Source: a virus (Duplodnaviria; Heunggongvirae; Uroviricota; Caudoviricetes). From it: a stretch of 64,000 nt of DNA. Of the stretch, positions 18,276 through 27,386 are shown piece by piece. Location: the IMG/VR virus record IMGVR_UViG_3300006151_000006, positions 1 to 64,000 of that record; one strand, 5' to 3'. Both the position numbers and the translations under genes were made by a program. Position 1 is the first letter of the stretch, and each line of letters begins with the position of its first letter. Below the pieces are notes generated by a model. That model was given only the letters and a program-made list of their open reading frames with translations, was not told where the DNA came from and ran no database searches.

Positions 18276-18355
18276 TGGTTCGGGTAGGACTTGAACCTAC
18301 GTCATTCCGGTAGTTAACCGGTTGCTCTTACATGTACCTACTGAGCTACCAAACC
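18276..18355 (-). tRNA. tRNA-like element with a 15 nt D loop and a palindromic anticodon arm
   Basis: Acceptor and T arm are canonical. D region is GCTC-15nt-GAGC. Anticodon arm is CCGG TTAACTA CCGG with T at position 37. Confidence 0.4.
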
Positions 18356-18361
18356 TTGTAG

Positions 18362-18435
18362 TGGAGCCATCGGGAGTCGAACCCGAAACCTTCTGAATGC
18401 AAATCAGACGCTCTACCAATTAGAGCTATGACCCC
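18362..18435 (-). tRNA. tRNA-Ala(UGC)
   Basis: Anticodon loop TTTGCAT, G3-U70 identity pair, discriminator A. Confidence 0.8.
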
Positions 18436-18478
18436 AAATCCGCAAAGACACAAAGGGGATTGCGCCTTTGCGGTGTGT

Positions 18479-18805
18479 TTACATTTTCCACATACCGAAA
18501 TGTTCTCTCCAGTCAAGATAGTTGTTTGCACTTTCATAGAAGTACGCTTCTTTCTCAAAAGAGATATTTCGGTAAGCATTGCCGGGAAGAAAGAGTCTGG
18601 CAAGCCATTCCAACACATAAATAATGTAGAAGAAAATGTAGCCAAGTTCTTTCATCTGAGCAGTGTGGATCTTTTCGTGATTCCATAACCGTTCAGAGAT
18701 TTTGACATCATTGCGTACAAATAAAACTCCGAAGAGATTGATAGCAGCAAATCCGGGGAACGGTATGAATGAATTGCGGATTATTTTCATCGTCTGACAT
18801 TCCAC
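18479..18805 (-). CDS. HExxH-motif putative metallohydrolase/peptidase (membrane-associated)
   Basis: Hydrophobic N-terminus followed by RLWNHEKIHTAQMKELGY. Confidence 0.5.
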   Translation of the reverse strand: MECQTMKIIRNSFIPFPGFAAINLFGVLFVRNDVKISERLWNHEKIHTAQMKELGYIFFYIIYVLEWLARLFLPGNAYRNISFEKEAYFYESANNYLDWREHFGMWKM

Positions 18806-19611
18806 ATAGTGCTGGATGTGCCGCCATCAAAAAGTACGTCAATATTTGCACCCTGTTTGGCCGCAATCACATCCCATGCTTTCAGGCTGATAAACTGTTC
18901 CGCAGTAAGACCCATTTCTCGCTGGTATGCCTTGTCAGACACAGCACGTTGTCGTTCAGCCTGCTCTCGTGCAACCTCAGTTTCGTAACGCCGCTCCTGA
19001 GTCTGTTTGGCCTGAATCTGTGCCGCAGTGTTATTCATTTCCTTTAGCTGTGCGTCATTAGGGATTGCGCGTCCTGTAATGACATTTTCAACAACGACAG
19101 GAAACTCCTTCTGGGTGGACAACCGGGCAATATGTCGAATCATATCGGCTTTAACACATGAGTCGATGTGTGCGACAACCTCTCGGTTGCTGGTAAGGTC
19201 AAACGGGGAATACTGAGAAACATAGTGTCGAGTGAGGTTGTTGTAAACTTCCTTGATATTGTTCTCATACCAGTTGACACCATAATTCTTCAGAAGAACG
19301 GGACTCTTGCCTTTCTCGATTCGGAGAATAATCTGAGTCTTGAAATCCAGAGGGGGGTTTTCATTAGAAATGATGTCATCCAGCGTTTCCTCGTAACGGA
19401 CAGGAGTTACTTTGAAGGTTTCGCTTGAAGTGCTCCAGAAGCACCAAGTAAGACCGGTCTCAGCGGGTTCCATGTCCACGCCACCATGTCCGAAAAACCA
19501 CGGCTTAGTGATCAACACTGCTTCTTCATCAGCGTCAGGGCACACGCCGTGACAGCTGGAAACGGCAACGCACATAATTAGTGCGAGAAATAGTTTAATG
19601 AAATGTTTCAT
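18787..19611 (-). CDS. SPFH/band-7 family lipoprotein
   Basis: Lipobox AVSSC, a PHB-like core, and a coiled-coil C-terminus (EAERQRAV...). Confidence 0.55.
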   Translation of the reverse strand: MKHFIKLFLALIMCVAVSSCHGVCPDADEEAVLITKPWFFGHGGVDMEPAETGLTWCFWSTSSETFKVTPVRYEETLDDIISNENPPLDFKTQIILRIEKGKSPVLLKNYGVNWYENNIKEVYNNLTRHYVSQYSPFDLTSNREVVAHIDSCVKADMIRHIARLSTQKEFPVVVENVITGRAIPNDAQLKEMNNTAAQIQAKQTQERRYETEVAREQAERQRAVSDKAYQREMGLTAEQFISLKAWDVIAAKQGANIDVLFDGGTSSTMWNVRR

Positions 19612-19647
19612 AATTGTTTGGTTTGTTAAAATGTCAATGTTCTCTTT

Positions 19648-19728
19648 TGTGGGCTAACCGAGACTCGAACTCGGACACCGATGGTACAGCATTTTGAGTG
19701 CTGCGTGTCTACCAATTCCACCATTAGC
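19648..19728 (-). tRNA. tRNA-Leu(CAA)
   Basis: Type II, anticodon loop CTCAAAA, discriminator A. Confidence 0.75.
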
Positions 19729-19733
19729 CCTTA

Positions 19734-19817
19734 TGTGCTCCGACTGGGAGTCGAACCCAGACGGTCACTATGACCAAGGGATTTTAAGTCCCTCGCGTCT
19801 ACCATTCCGCCACCGGA
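19734..19817 (-). tRNA. tRNA-Leu(UAA)
   Basis: Type II, anticodon loop CTTAAAA. Confidence 0.75.
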
Positions 19818-19827
19818 GCTTAGAAGT

Positions 19828-20040
19828 TTATTTAAGCCACCGAATTAACATGGACAGCAGCCAACCGTGACGTACTTTAGTCTGTTTCAACTCCTTCTTT
19901 TGGAGCTTTAGCATCGCTATCTCAGCCTTATGTGCAGCAATTTTGTTGTCAATATCGGCATTAAGCAATGCGATTTCAGATTGATTGTCTTGCAGTGATC
20001 TAATCACTGAATCACGACGGTTGTTGAATACTGTGTCCAT
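19828..20040 (-). CDS. small coiled-coil protein
   Basis: Internal start MDTVF; the longer ORF overlaps tRNAs. Confidence 0.35.
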   Translation of the reverse strand: MDTVFNNRRDSVIRSLQDNQSEIALLNADIDNKIAAHKAEIAMLKLQKKELKQTKVRHGWLLSMLIRWLK

Positions 20041-20056
20041 ATCTTTTAGAATTTGT

Positions 20057-20140
20057 TGGTGGGCCACGCAGGACTCGAACCTGCACACCTTTCGATACTG
20101 GTTCCTAAGACCAGCGCGTCTACCATTTCGCCAGTAGCCC
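20057..20140 (-). tRNA. tRNA-Leu(UAG)
   Basis: Type II, anticodon loop CTTAGGA, CCA encoded. Confidence 0.75.
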
Positions 20141-20198
20141 GATTTTGCTGAGAGTGGTGAACCTCTCAGCTGGCTCCCTATATTGGTGAGTGCCTTTG

Positions 20199-20270
20199 TA
20201 GCGGGAGTAGGACTCGAACCTACGACCTCTGGGTAATGAGCCCAGCAAGCTACCACTGCTCTATCCCGCA
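20199..20270 (-). tRNA. initiator tRNA-fMet(CAU)
   Basis: Unpaired 1:72, A11:U24, and three G-C pairs at the base of the anticodon stem. Confidence 0.7.
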
Positions 20271-20553
20271 ATATAAGAAACAGCTTCATCAGAAGCTACA
20301 TAAGAGAATAGTCTCTTTTGAAGCTGTTGGGTTGATGAAATCGTAAAAATTTCATCGAATTTGGAGGATTTTACCTAACTTTGTAGGTGGATATGCAACT
20401 CATCGTTGTGTTGTCAGCTCTTGTAATTGGAAAATGCTTGCGAATAAGAGTGGACTTCGACGTAGCCAAATGTTTGAAAGCCATCGCCAACATTATCCGA
20501 GCTGTCAAAGGTAGGTAAAGACCTCCGGCAGTTTGATTTCGTATATCTTATAC

Positions 20554-20575
20554 CCTCCAGTTCTCTTGCTGGAGG
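20554..20575 (-). terminator. stem-loop directly after the RNase H stop codon
   Basis: cctccag-ttctcttg-ctggagg: 7 bp stem, 8 nt loop. Confidence 0.35.
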
Positions 20576-20971
20576 TTACTTGTTTCCAAAGTCCGCAGGA
20601 GTTTCACCCCAGCGTTTGTTGTCCCAATGCCTGACTTCGATTGTGTCTATATCAGCCGAGAGTGCTTTGAGGAATATTTCAGCTTTCTGAAGTTCCCTAT
20701 TTTTCTTATTGGAAGCAGTTGACTTGTTTTTGAACCACGTCAAGGCAGTCATACTGTCAGTGTATATCACTCGTGGCTCGTAATCATTCTCGATGATATA
20801 TTTTGCAGCTTCAACTACCGCCAAGAATTCACCAATGTTCACGGTTTGATTTCCGAGATTTCGGTAGAAAATGCGCTCACCGGTTGTAAGGTCTATACCT
20901 TGATACTCTGTAACGCCTCGCTTTGTTGAGTGGGCTGCATCTGTTGCGATGCCGTCTGTTGGGTGACTCAT
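20576..20971 (-). CDS. ribonuclease H-like protein
   Basis: GIATDAAH ... EFLAVVEAAKY ... VIYTDS, an RNase HI-type DEDD arrangement. Confidence 0.6.
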   Translation of the reverse strand: MSHPTDGIATDAAHSTKRGVTEYQGIDLTTGERIFYRNLGNQTVNIGEFLAVVEAAKYIIENDYEPRVIYTDSMTALTWFKNKSTASNKKNRELQKAEIFLKALSADIDTIEVRHWDNKRWGETPADFGNK

Positions 20972-21222
20972 CAGAAAAATCTGGTAGCTTCGTTAACCAT
21001 TATGGGAATTCCTTTTACCAAGCGAACATGTGGCTTAATACTGGAATTATCCCAAAACTTACACTTACGTTCTGCAAGTACAGGGTCTCGCTGACAGATG
21101 TAATGAAAGAGAATCGTGTCGTAGTACCACTTCCGGCCTTGCGCTTTGATTGCTCTTTTCTTACGCTTCCTCGGCAGTTTGGCTTTAGGCACCTTTGCTA
21201 ACATAGAACCCATCGCGCTCAT
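20971..21222 (-). CDS. hypothetical basic protein
   Basis: 83 aa ORF. Confidence 0.4.
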   Translation of the reverse strand: MSAMGSMLAKVPKAKLPRKRKKRAIKAQGRKWYYDTILFHYICQRDPVLAERKCKFWDNSSIKPHVRLVKGIPIMVNEATRFF

Positions 21223-21778
21223 ATTTTTTCAGCAAGTCAGTTGCCGCTTCAACAAAATCTTCAACTACCTGAGTGATATTCTGAACGTCAATGCGCTTTT
21301 CAAGAAGTGCTTTCACTCCGGCGATTGTGCGAGTCGATGCCTTGCGACCATCCTTGGGATCGAAGACAATGGTCTTGTTGCCAAACTTGACTTCAACTAT
21401 ATAGCAGGCTTTGGGCACATAGCACGTTGAGATGTCTGCCTTGAATTGATATGGCGTAGCCTCAATTACTATAAAGCCCTTCTTTTTATACATCGGCACG
21501 ATTGCGACCTGATACAAAGCACCGAGGATAATCTCAGGAGCAATGGTTTGGTCAACGATACATACTTGCTTAGGAAACTCAGAATCTTCACAGACACCTT
21601 TTACACGTCCGGTTTTGGGATTCTGAGAAACGAATCCGATTAGCATACCGCTCACTTCAGACTTCTTGAACTTGAGTCTGGTGAAGATAGTGCCTTCAGG
21701 GTACTTCTTTTTACCATCAGGGCCGATGATAATCTTCTTGTCAGGGCCATTAGGTTGTGGCCTGTTCAACTGTTCCAT
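21185..21778 (-). CDS. hypothetical protein
   Basis: 197 aa ORF. Confidence 0.5.
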   Translation of the reverse strand: MEQLNRPQPNGPDKKIIIGPDGKKKYPEGTIFTRLKFKKSEVSGMLIGFVSQNPKTGRVKGVCEDSEFPKQVCIVDQTIAPEIILGALYQVAIVPMYKKKGFIVIEATPYQFKADISTCYVPKACYIVEVKFGNKTIVFDPKDGRKASTRTIAGVKALLEKRIDVQNITQVVEDFVEAATDLLKKYERDGFYVSKGA

Positions 21779-21946
21779 GTTTATATAAGATTTTTATTAT
21801 TTTCACTTAAATGCCAGACTTTGTTGGTTGTCCGGTGATGCAAAGTTAGCGTTTATACACTTGTCCTCAAAGTATATTTAACAGAAATTGTTCGGCTAAA
21901 AATTTGTTAATAAGGGATAAATATATAGTATAAAATAACACGAAAA

Positions 21947-21975
21947 AGGTGCCCAACTTACTGTCGGACACCTTT
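21947..21975 (-). terminator. rho-independent terminator
   Basis: On the minus strand an aggtgtcc...gggcacc hairpin is followed by TTTTT, downstream of the 22025 gene. Confidence 0.45.
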
Positions 21976-22024
21976 ATGCAATCACTCATCCAATCCTCAA
22001 AAATTGAGGGTTGAAAAAATGACA

Positions 22025-22354
22025 TTAATAATCCATTTCTTCCTCTTCTTGGAGTCTTTTAACATCTGGGATAGCAAATACTCCATCGTCATTACGATAA
22101 GTGATGCAACGAAACATTATACCGCACATTGTAATCAACTCCATTGTGTCAAGAAACTGAGAGCGCACAATGGAAAGACTTGAAATTCCTTCACGAGTTG
22201 GTGTGATTACCATTTGCAGTATCTTTGCAGCTCGTTCAGCATCCTCCTGAAAAGCTACATACGAATTTCCCAAACGATAGAAAATTAAGGAGCCGGGGTA
22301 CTTCTTATGAAAGTACGCTCCGGCAGAAATAATGCGGCTTGTCATACTGTGCAA
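22025..22354 (-). CDS. hypothetical protein
   Basis: 109 aa ORF. Confidence 0.45.
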   Translation of the reverse strand: MHSMTSRIISAGAYFHKKYPGSLIFYRLGNSYVAFQEDAERAAKILQMVITPTREGISSLSIVRSQFLDTMELITMCGIMFRCITYRNDDGVFAIPDVKRLQEEEEMDY

Positions 22355-22361
22355 TTATTAG

Positions 22362-22718
22362 TTAAACATCTATTTCTAAAGCGACGCAATGATCACATTT
22401 TCCATTACCTCGCTTTTTTTCTCTGTTCGTGATTTCTTTAGCGCATTTATCACAATAATAACGCTTGCGCTTTTTGTTATAAATTATACGTTCAACTCTG
22501 GATCGAGGCACTTTGTATTTCTCCATAACTGCCTCTATAATCTGCCCAACCTTATATTGCTTGCGTCGCTTGATTCTCTTAAAGTCATACAATATCAAGG
22601 CATCCAGAGCTCGACTCTCGTCAATCAGGCCCATCGCCAGCAGTTTTTGAATCTGCATCGGTGAAAGTTCTGTGATGGACGAGAGCTTCTGTATTTCTTG
22701 TTCTTGGAGTTTAATCAT
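22362..22718 (-). CDS. hypothetical protein with C-terminal CxxC...CxxC zinc ribbon
   Basis: CDKCAKE ... CDHC. Confidence 0.45.
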   Translation of the reverse strand: MIKLQEQEIQKLSSITELSPMQIQKLLAMGLIDESRALDALILYDFKRIKRRKQYKVGQIIEAVMEKYKVPRSRVERIIYNKKRKRYYCDKCAKEITNREKKRGNGKCDHCVALEIDV

Positions 22719-23376
22719 TGTGCTTTCTATAATACTTTTTTAAAATATATAATGGTGGCATTAAATAATACAACACTGCCAATAAAAGTATTAAGATTGG
22801 ACATGCAATCATGCCTACAAATCGAAGCATAGTTACAAAAAAGTCATTTGTTCCACTGCTATAAAATATCCATTTTAATAGCCAGTATGGCACAAAGAAT
22901 AGCCACACAGTCAATACTATAATTCTATATGACGGTACTATTAATTCATAATCGTCTGAACTATAACAAAAATTGATATTGTAACGTATTTCAAAAGCTA
23001 ATTCAGATAAACACACAACTAATGGAAGCATTAACTTCAAATCGCATATTGTAAAATTATGTTTTCTAAAGATGTCTTCTATTGATGAACTAAAACCAGA
23101 AAAGTACATAGTAATAGGCACTATAACTAATCCCAATAAGCCAATCCCAATAAGCGGAAATACATCATATTTATCAGGATTGTGACTATTAAGCACTCTC
23201 TGTGCTGAAGTAGATACTATCACCGTAGATATTACTGAAGCCATCAGAACGCCAATGGGTCCCAATAATGGGTGATATTCAAATATGATAGGCGCAGCCC
23301 AACACATAGAGGCTAACTGTAAAAGCCAATATATGATGAACCGAAGCCGTTTATATGTTCTATTATTCCATTTCAT
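22711..23376 (-). CDS. multi-pass membrane protein
   Basis: At least six hydrophobic helices; internal start MKWNN chosen. Confidence 0.45.
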   Translation of the reverse strand: MKWNNRTYKRLRFIIYWLLQLASMCWAAPIIFEYHPLLGPIGVLMASVISTVIVSTSAQRVLNSHNPDKYDVFPLIGIGLLGLVIVPITMYFSGFSSSIEDIFRKHNFTICDLKLMLPLVVCLSELAFEIRYNINFCYSSDDYELIVPSYRIIVLTVWLFFVPYWLLKWIFYSSGTNDFFVTMLRFVGMIACPILILLLAVLYYLMPPLYILKKYYRKHND

Positions 23377-23452
23377 TTTATTGAGTTTTGCATCTATAAT
23401 ATTCAATGATACAATTGCAAAGTTAACCAATTTTGACGGTTTTACCACTAAT

Positions 23453-23683
23453 CTACTGAGCAAATTCCTCAATCCGGCTTTTGATGTCCTCGATGTCTGA
23501 ATTCCACTCATCCATCGTGTCAATCGCCTCTTGCATGGTTTCTCCACGGCTGGAACACTGGAGACCTTCAGGCATATTGTCAAACGCTTCTTGTTCTTCT
23601 TCTCGGATTTCATTAAGCCGGTCAGATGCTTCACTCAGTAGAGCTGAAACATCCAACAAATCTTGTCTTCGTTGTTTATTCAT
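23453..23683 (-). CDS. hypothetical protein
   Basis: 76 aa, acidic. Confidence 0.4.
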   Translation of the reverse strand: MNKQRRQDLLDVSALLSEASDRLNEIREEEQEAFDNMPEGLQCSSRGETMQEAIDTMDEWNSDIEDIKSRIEEFAQ

Positions 23684-24102
23684 ATATCTATTATTTTTGA
23701 TTCTTTAAATTTGGCCCAACGTTTTTGACGTAGGCGAGCCTCAATTTCACGTTTGCAGTCGCCCAATGTCCCATACACGCAATAATTTCCGACATCATTT
23801 GTCCATCTTTTTGCATACCACCAAGGTCTTCCACATACATCACACATATTTGCATCATACAAAATAATGCCTTTGTATTCTTGTGTGGATAAAGGGTATT
23901 TTTTAAGAGCATCTTCAGCTTCGCGCATTGAACAGTAGGCTTTATGTGTACGCACGACTTTACTTCCACCACCTTCCAAATAAGAAAGTGTGCGCAGAAT
24001 TGGCTCATAGAACGGAATCCAAAAGAACCGCAAGAATCGTTTATAAATGCGATACTGTCCTTCTCCACGAGAATCTATTGTAATGACAATTTTGTATCTC
24101 AT
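23680..24102 (-). CDS. hypothetical protein
   Basis: 140 aa ORF. Confidence 0.45.
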   Translation of the reverse strand: MRYKIVITIDSRGEGQYRIYKRFLRFFWIPFYEPILRTLSYLEGGGSKVVRTHKAYCSMREAEDALKKYPLSTQEYKGIILYDANMCDVCGRPWWYAKRWTNDVGNYCVYGTLGDCKREIEARLRQKRWAKFKESKIIDI

Positions 24103-24446
24103 TTCGGTTCAAATTTATCACAAACCTTTCTTGAATGGAGAGTCGCATAGTAGCGGTCAGGACCTACTTGTGGTTTAGGTTTCAGAAAACACACTGAGGT
24201 CTTGTACCGGCTACTTTTATTACAGCAGCCTTCACCGCAGTATCGGCAATCACGACAGCGAAGAACGACATTGGCAGCTTTTCGTGCCATAGCGCGACGT
24301 TTTAGTTCATCGCGGAGCTCTTGGTCAGTGAATTGTTCTAATGAATCTGACGCAGATGTTAGAATCTTGTGTTGTGCTGCCTCATCCAGTTCATGACGAA
24401 GTTTATCAAGATTGTTATCCATTATCCAGCCATTTATTGATTTCAT
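24099..24446 (-). CDS. hypothetical Cys-rich protein
   Basis: CRDCRYCGEGCC. Confidence 0.45.
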   Translation of the reverse strand: MKSINGWIMDNNLDKLRHELDEAAQHKILTSASDSLEQFTDQELRDELKRRAMARKAANVVLRCRDCRYCGEGCCNKSSRYKTSVCFLKPKPQVGPDRYYATLHSRKVCDKFEPK

Positions 24447-24684
24447 TTTCCCACATTTCAGGGGATGTGATTATGCGATTGAGAGGACGAGCATCAAAAA
24501 CACCATACTCATTTTCAATATCCTCATCTGATACGACTACTGACTTATCCTCAATCAATTGACAGTGCCCGCTAACAGCACATTGATCAAGTAATTGCTC
24601 GTTAATCATATCTTCAAGTTCTTCGACATTCAGATCTTCTGGATGTAGAAGTTCTATAAATAGCGTGTATTTAGCTAACTTCAT
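24415..24684 (-). CDS. hypothetical acidic protein
   Basis: 89 aa ORF. Confidence 0.35.
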   Translation of the reverse strand: MKLAKYTLFIELLHPEDLNVEELEDMINEQLLDQCAVSGHCQLIEDKSVVVSDEDIENEYGVFDARPLNRIITSPEMWENEINKWLDNG

Positions 24685-25025
24685 CTTTCTTTCGGTTTGA
24701 TTGTGATTTCAACTTCGATAGGTTCATCTTGCCATGTGAGGTCGGGGAAGATATTGGAAGGGAGTTGGAACGGAGAACCCACTGCCATTGATGTCCAATG
24801 TGAACTTTTCCCTCGCGCGCGGCAAGGGGTGTAATAGAAATATAGAAGGTTATCTCCATCTCTCGCCACCCAGCCCTCTATGGTCGCAGTGGGTTGAGGG
24901 CTGTCGATGTTGATGTCAAGCTGCTGTTTATTGTATATTTTACCATTTGCAAGACATACTGCGGTTGTTCGGGTTAACTGTTCAACTTCAACAACCTCTC
25001 CAGTTGCTTTTATTTTAGCTTTCAT
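24681..25025 (-). CDS. hypothetical protein
   Basis: 114 aa ORF. Confidence 0.45.
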   Translation of the reverse strand: MKAKIKATGEVVEVEQLTRTTAVCLANGKIYNKQQLDINIDSPQPTATIEGWVARDGDNLLYFYYTPCRARGKSSHWTSMAVGSPFQLPSNIFPDLTWQDEPIEVEITIKPKER

Positions 25026-25231
25026 TTCTTTGGATAATTACGGTTAATGTAATCAAGAGAGGCTTGTTTGGCCTCTCCGTAGGTATTCCATTTCTGATTA
25101 CCATTTTCATCAACAATGTCAATGATACCGATTTTGGCATACCAGTGCTCGCCACCTCCCCACCGCAAGAAACGAACATCAGCTATTGTTGGTCGCTTCT
25201 CATCTGGGTAAATCAGATTGTCTGAATCCTC

Positions 25232-25609
25232 TTATTCAACAATCTTATGAAATTGTGGGGTATAACCAAACACCGTGAGATTGTGTGCAAGCCAAACTTC
25301 TCCATACTTTTTAAGATCGCGAAGTCGATTTTGAAACAGTTCGTTCTCCAGCAACACAGCTTGAATGAAATACGGTTGATTCTGTATCTCACATTTCATC
25401 GCTACAAGACTTGCGAAATTGCTTGTCCAATGGCCACGAAAGCTGCCAGACAATCCTTCAGCAAGTTGCTGAACGCCTGCTCTGATGTCAGCACCAGCAT
25501 ACTTCTCCCAATGTTCGCGGAGTTGTTGCTCATTTCGGGCCACAAAGTACCAACAACCCTCCGCAGGGTCATCATGCTTCATTGCGACTTTTGCAAAATG
25601 GTATTTCAT
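25232..25609 (-). CDS. hypothetical protein
   Basis: 125 aa ORF. Confidence 0.45.
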   Translation of the reverse strand: MKYHFAKVAMKHDDPAEGCWYFVARNEQQLREHWEKYAGADIRAGVQQLAEGLSGSFRGHWTSNFASLVAMKCEIQNQPYFIQAVLLENELFQNRLRDLKKYGEVWLAHNLTVFGYTPQFHKIVE

Positions 25610-25812
25610 AATTATACTGGTTTTAATGCGTTTTGTGGCAATATACCTCCACCGCTTCCATCTTTACAGATACAGTTCCATTGTGGCTGACCATCTATGA
25701 TAAGATCTGCTGATGAGATAACTTCTACTTCTTTCCCATAGAAGACGCTCCATTTGGCTGCCACTATGCAGGTAGTGCCTTTGAGATTTATTCTTTTTGT
25801 ATCTTTCATTAT

Positions 25813-26013
25813 TTAATGATATGAAGTTGGCGAGGTGTCTCCACATGAAATACACACATAACCTTGAGGGTTGAGTTCACCACATGTTTTACATGGCATA
25901 GGGCTATTGCACCAATGAGTAATGTACCGTCTATATTTACAGAGCTGTTCATAGTCTTCTCTGTCTATTATCACATGTTTAGAACGTTTTGATTTGTTAT
26001 CATTCGCTTCCAT
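25813..26013 (-). CDS. small Cys-rich protein
   Basis: CKTCGEL ... CISCGD. Confidence 0.35.
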   Translation of the reverse strand: MEANDNKSKRSKHVIIDREDYEQLCKYRRYITHWCNSPMPCKTCGELNPQGYVCISCGDTSPTSYH

Positions 26014-26240
26014 TGCATAATTTAATTTTGTCTGGATGATTCACAAGAACCCATTTCAGCATTTCAAATGCACATTTCATCAGATCTTTCGCACTCATGG
26101 TTTTCAAATCACCAGAATGACCGTTGTATTTGACACACCATAACCCAGATTTCCAAAGAGGGAAGATGCACAAGTCATAGTGTAGGATGTCGTCTGAGTT
26201 GCTAATTTTGTAATAGACAAGACTTCATCTGACAAATAAA

Positions 26241-27386
26241 TTATTTCACCGAGAAAAAATTGTCAGATTGTGTTGACAAATTTAGTGATTTGGGTTCAGT
26301 TGCGCAAGAGGTGGAGATATTTTGAGTCTCCCCCTCTTGCGAGTGTAGCCCCTGGTGCTGTATGTCGTACCTCCTTGCCACGGCGATACCCTCGATGAAA
26401 GTCTGCATCGGTGTTTTTCCGAAGCAGTATTTTCCGGAGTGTGTCCTCTCGGTGTTGTAGTGATTCATCCATACGTCGAGGTCGGCCTGAAGCTGTTCGA
26501 TGGAGGTGTATATCTTCTTGCGGAAAGCGATGGCGTAGAACTCGTTCTGCACGGTACGGTTGAACCTCTCGCAGATGCCGTTTGTCTGAGGACTCTTTGC
26601 CTTTATCTTGGAGTGGTCGATGTCCTCTATTGCGAGGTAGAGTTCGAACTCGTGGGTCTCGCGGTTTCCGCAGTATTCGGTTCCGCGGTCTGTGAGCATC
26701 CGCATCACCCTGAGGTCGTGCTGTTCAAAGAAAGGCACGACACGGTCGTTGAGCATGTCGGCTGCGACAAGTGCGTTCTTGCGGTCGTACAGCTTTGCGA
26801 AGCCGATTTTGGAATAGGTGTCTATGACGGTCTGCTGGTAGATGTGTCCCACGCCCTTGATATGTCCCACATAATATGTGTCCTGTGCCACAAGGAAGCC
26901 GGGGTGGAACGTCTCGATCTCGCCGTGTGCCTGTTTCTCGGCCTTTGCCTTCTCCAGAGCCGCCACCTGCGTTTCGTCAAGGATTATCCCTTCCTGCTCG
27001 ACTTTGGCCGACAGTGCTTTCAGGCGTTTCTGAAAAGTCTCCAGATCGTGGCGCAGCCATATGGAGCGCACCCCTCCCTGCGAGACCATTATGCCCCTCT
27101 TGCGCAGTTCGTTGGACACGCGCACCTGTCCGAGTGCCGGGTTCTCGAAGGCCATCTGCACGACGGCGTTCTCTATGCGCTCCTCAACTCGGTTCTTTAT
27201 CACCGGCTTGCGGCGCGATATCTCCTGCAACGCGAGTTCTCCGCCCTGCTCGTATAGTTCCTTGAAGCGGTAGAAGCTGTCGCGGCTGTAGCCCATTATC
27301 TTGCAGGCGCGCGACACGTTGCCCAGTTGCTGGGACAGTTCCAACAGTCCCAGTTTGTTCTTGATGACTTTTTCTGATGTGGTCAT
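26241..27386 (-). CDS. IS481-family transposase (DDE integrase core)
   Basis: SRACKIMGYSRDSFYRFK HTH, then D(AQDTYY), D(TDRGTEY) and E(NGICERFNRT). The C-terminal tail probably reads through the IS end. Confidence 0.8.
   Translation of the reverse strand: MTTSEKVIKNKLGLLELSQQLGNVSRACKIMGYSRDSFYRFKELYEQGGELALQEISRRKPVIKNRVEERIENAVVQMAFENPALGQVRVSNELRKRGIMVSQGGVRSIWLRHDLETFQKRLKALSAKVEQEGIILDETQVAALEKAKAEKQAHGEIETFHPGFLVAQDTYYVGHIKGVGHIYQQTVIDTYSKIGFAKLYDRKNALVAADMLNDRVVPFFEQHDLRVMRMLTDRGTEYCGNRETHEFELYLAIEDIDHSKIKAKSPQTNGICERFNRTVQNEFYAIAFRKKIYTSIEQLQADLDVWMNHYNTERTHSGKYCFGKTPMQTFIEGIAVARRYDIQHQGLHSQEGETQNISTSCATEPKSLNLSTQSDNFFSVK

Noticed and set aside
16488-20270. Stop-codon recoding supported by suppressor tRNAs
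   Set aside because: No tRNA has a CUA, UCA or UUA-suppressor anticodon in a canonical loop, and long genes (TerL, LigA, RT, portal) are uninterrupted in the standard code.
26355-27265. 300 aa and 129 aa plus-strand ORFs inside the IS element
   Set aside because: They are antisense to the transposase in GC-rich DNA, where long spurious ORFs are expected.
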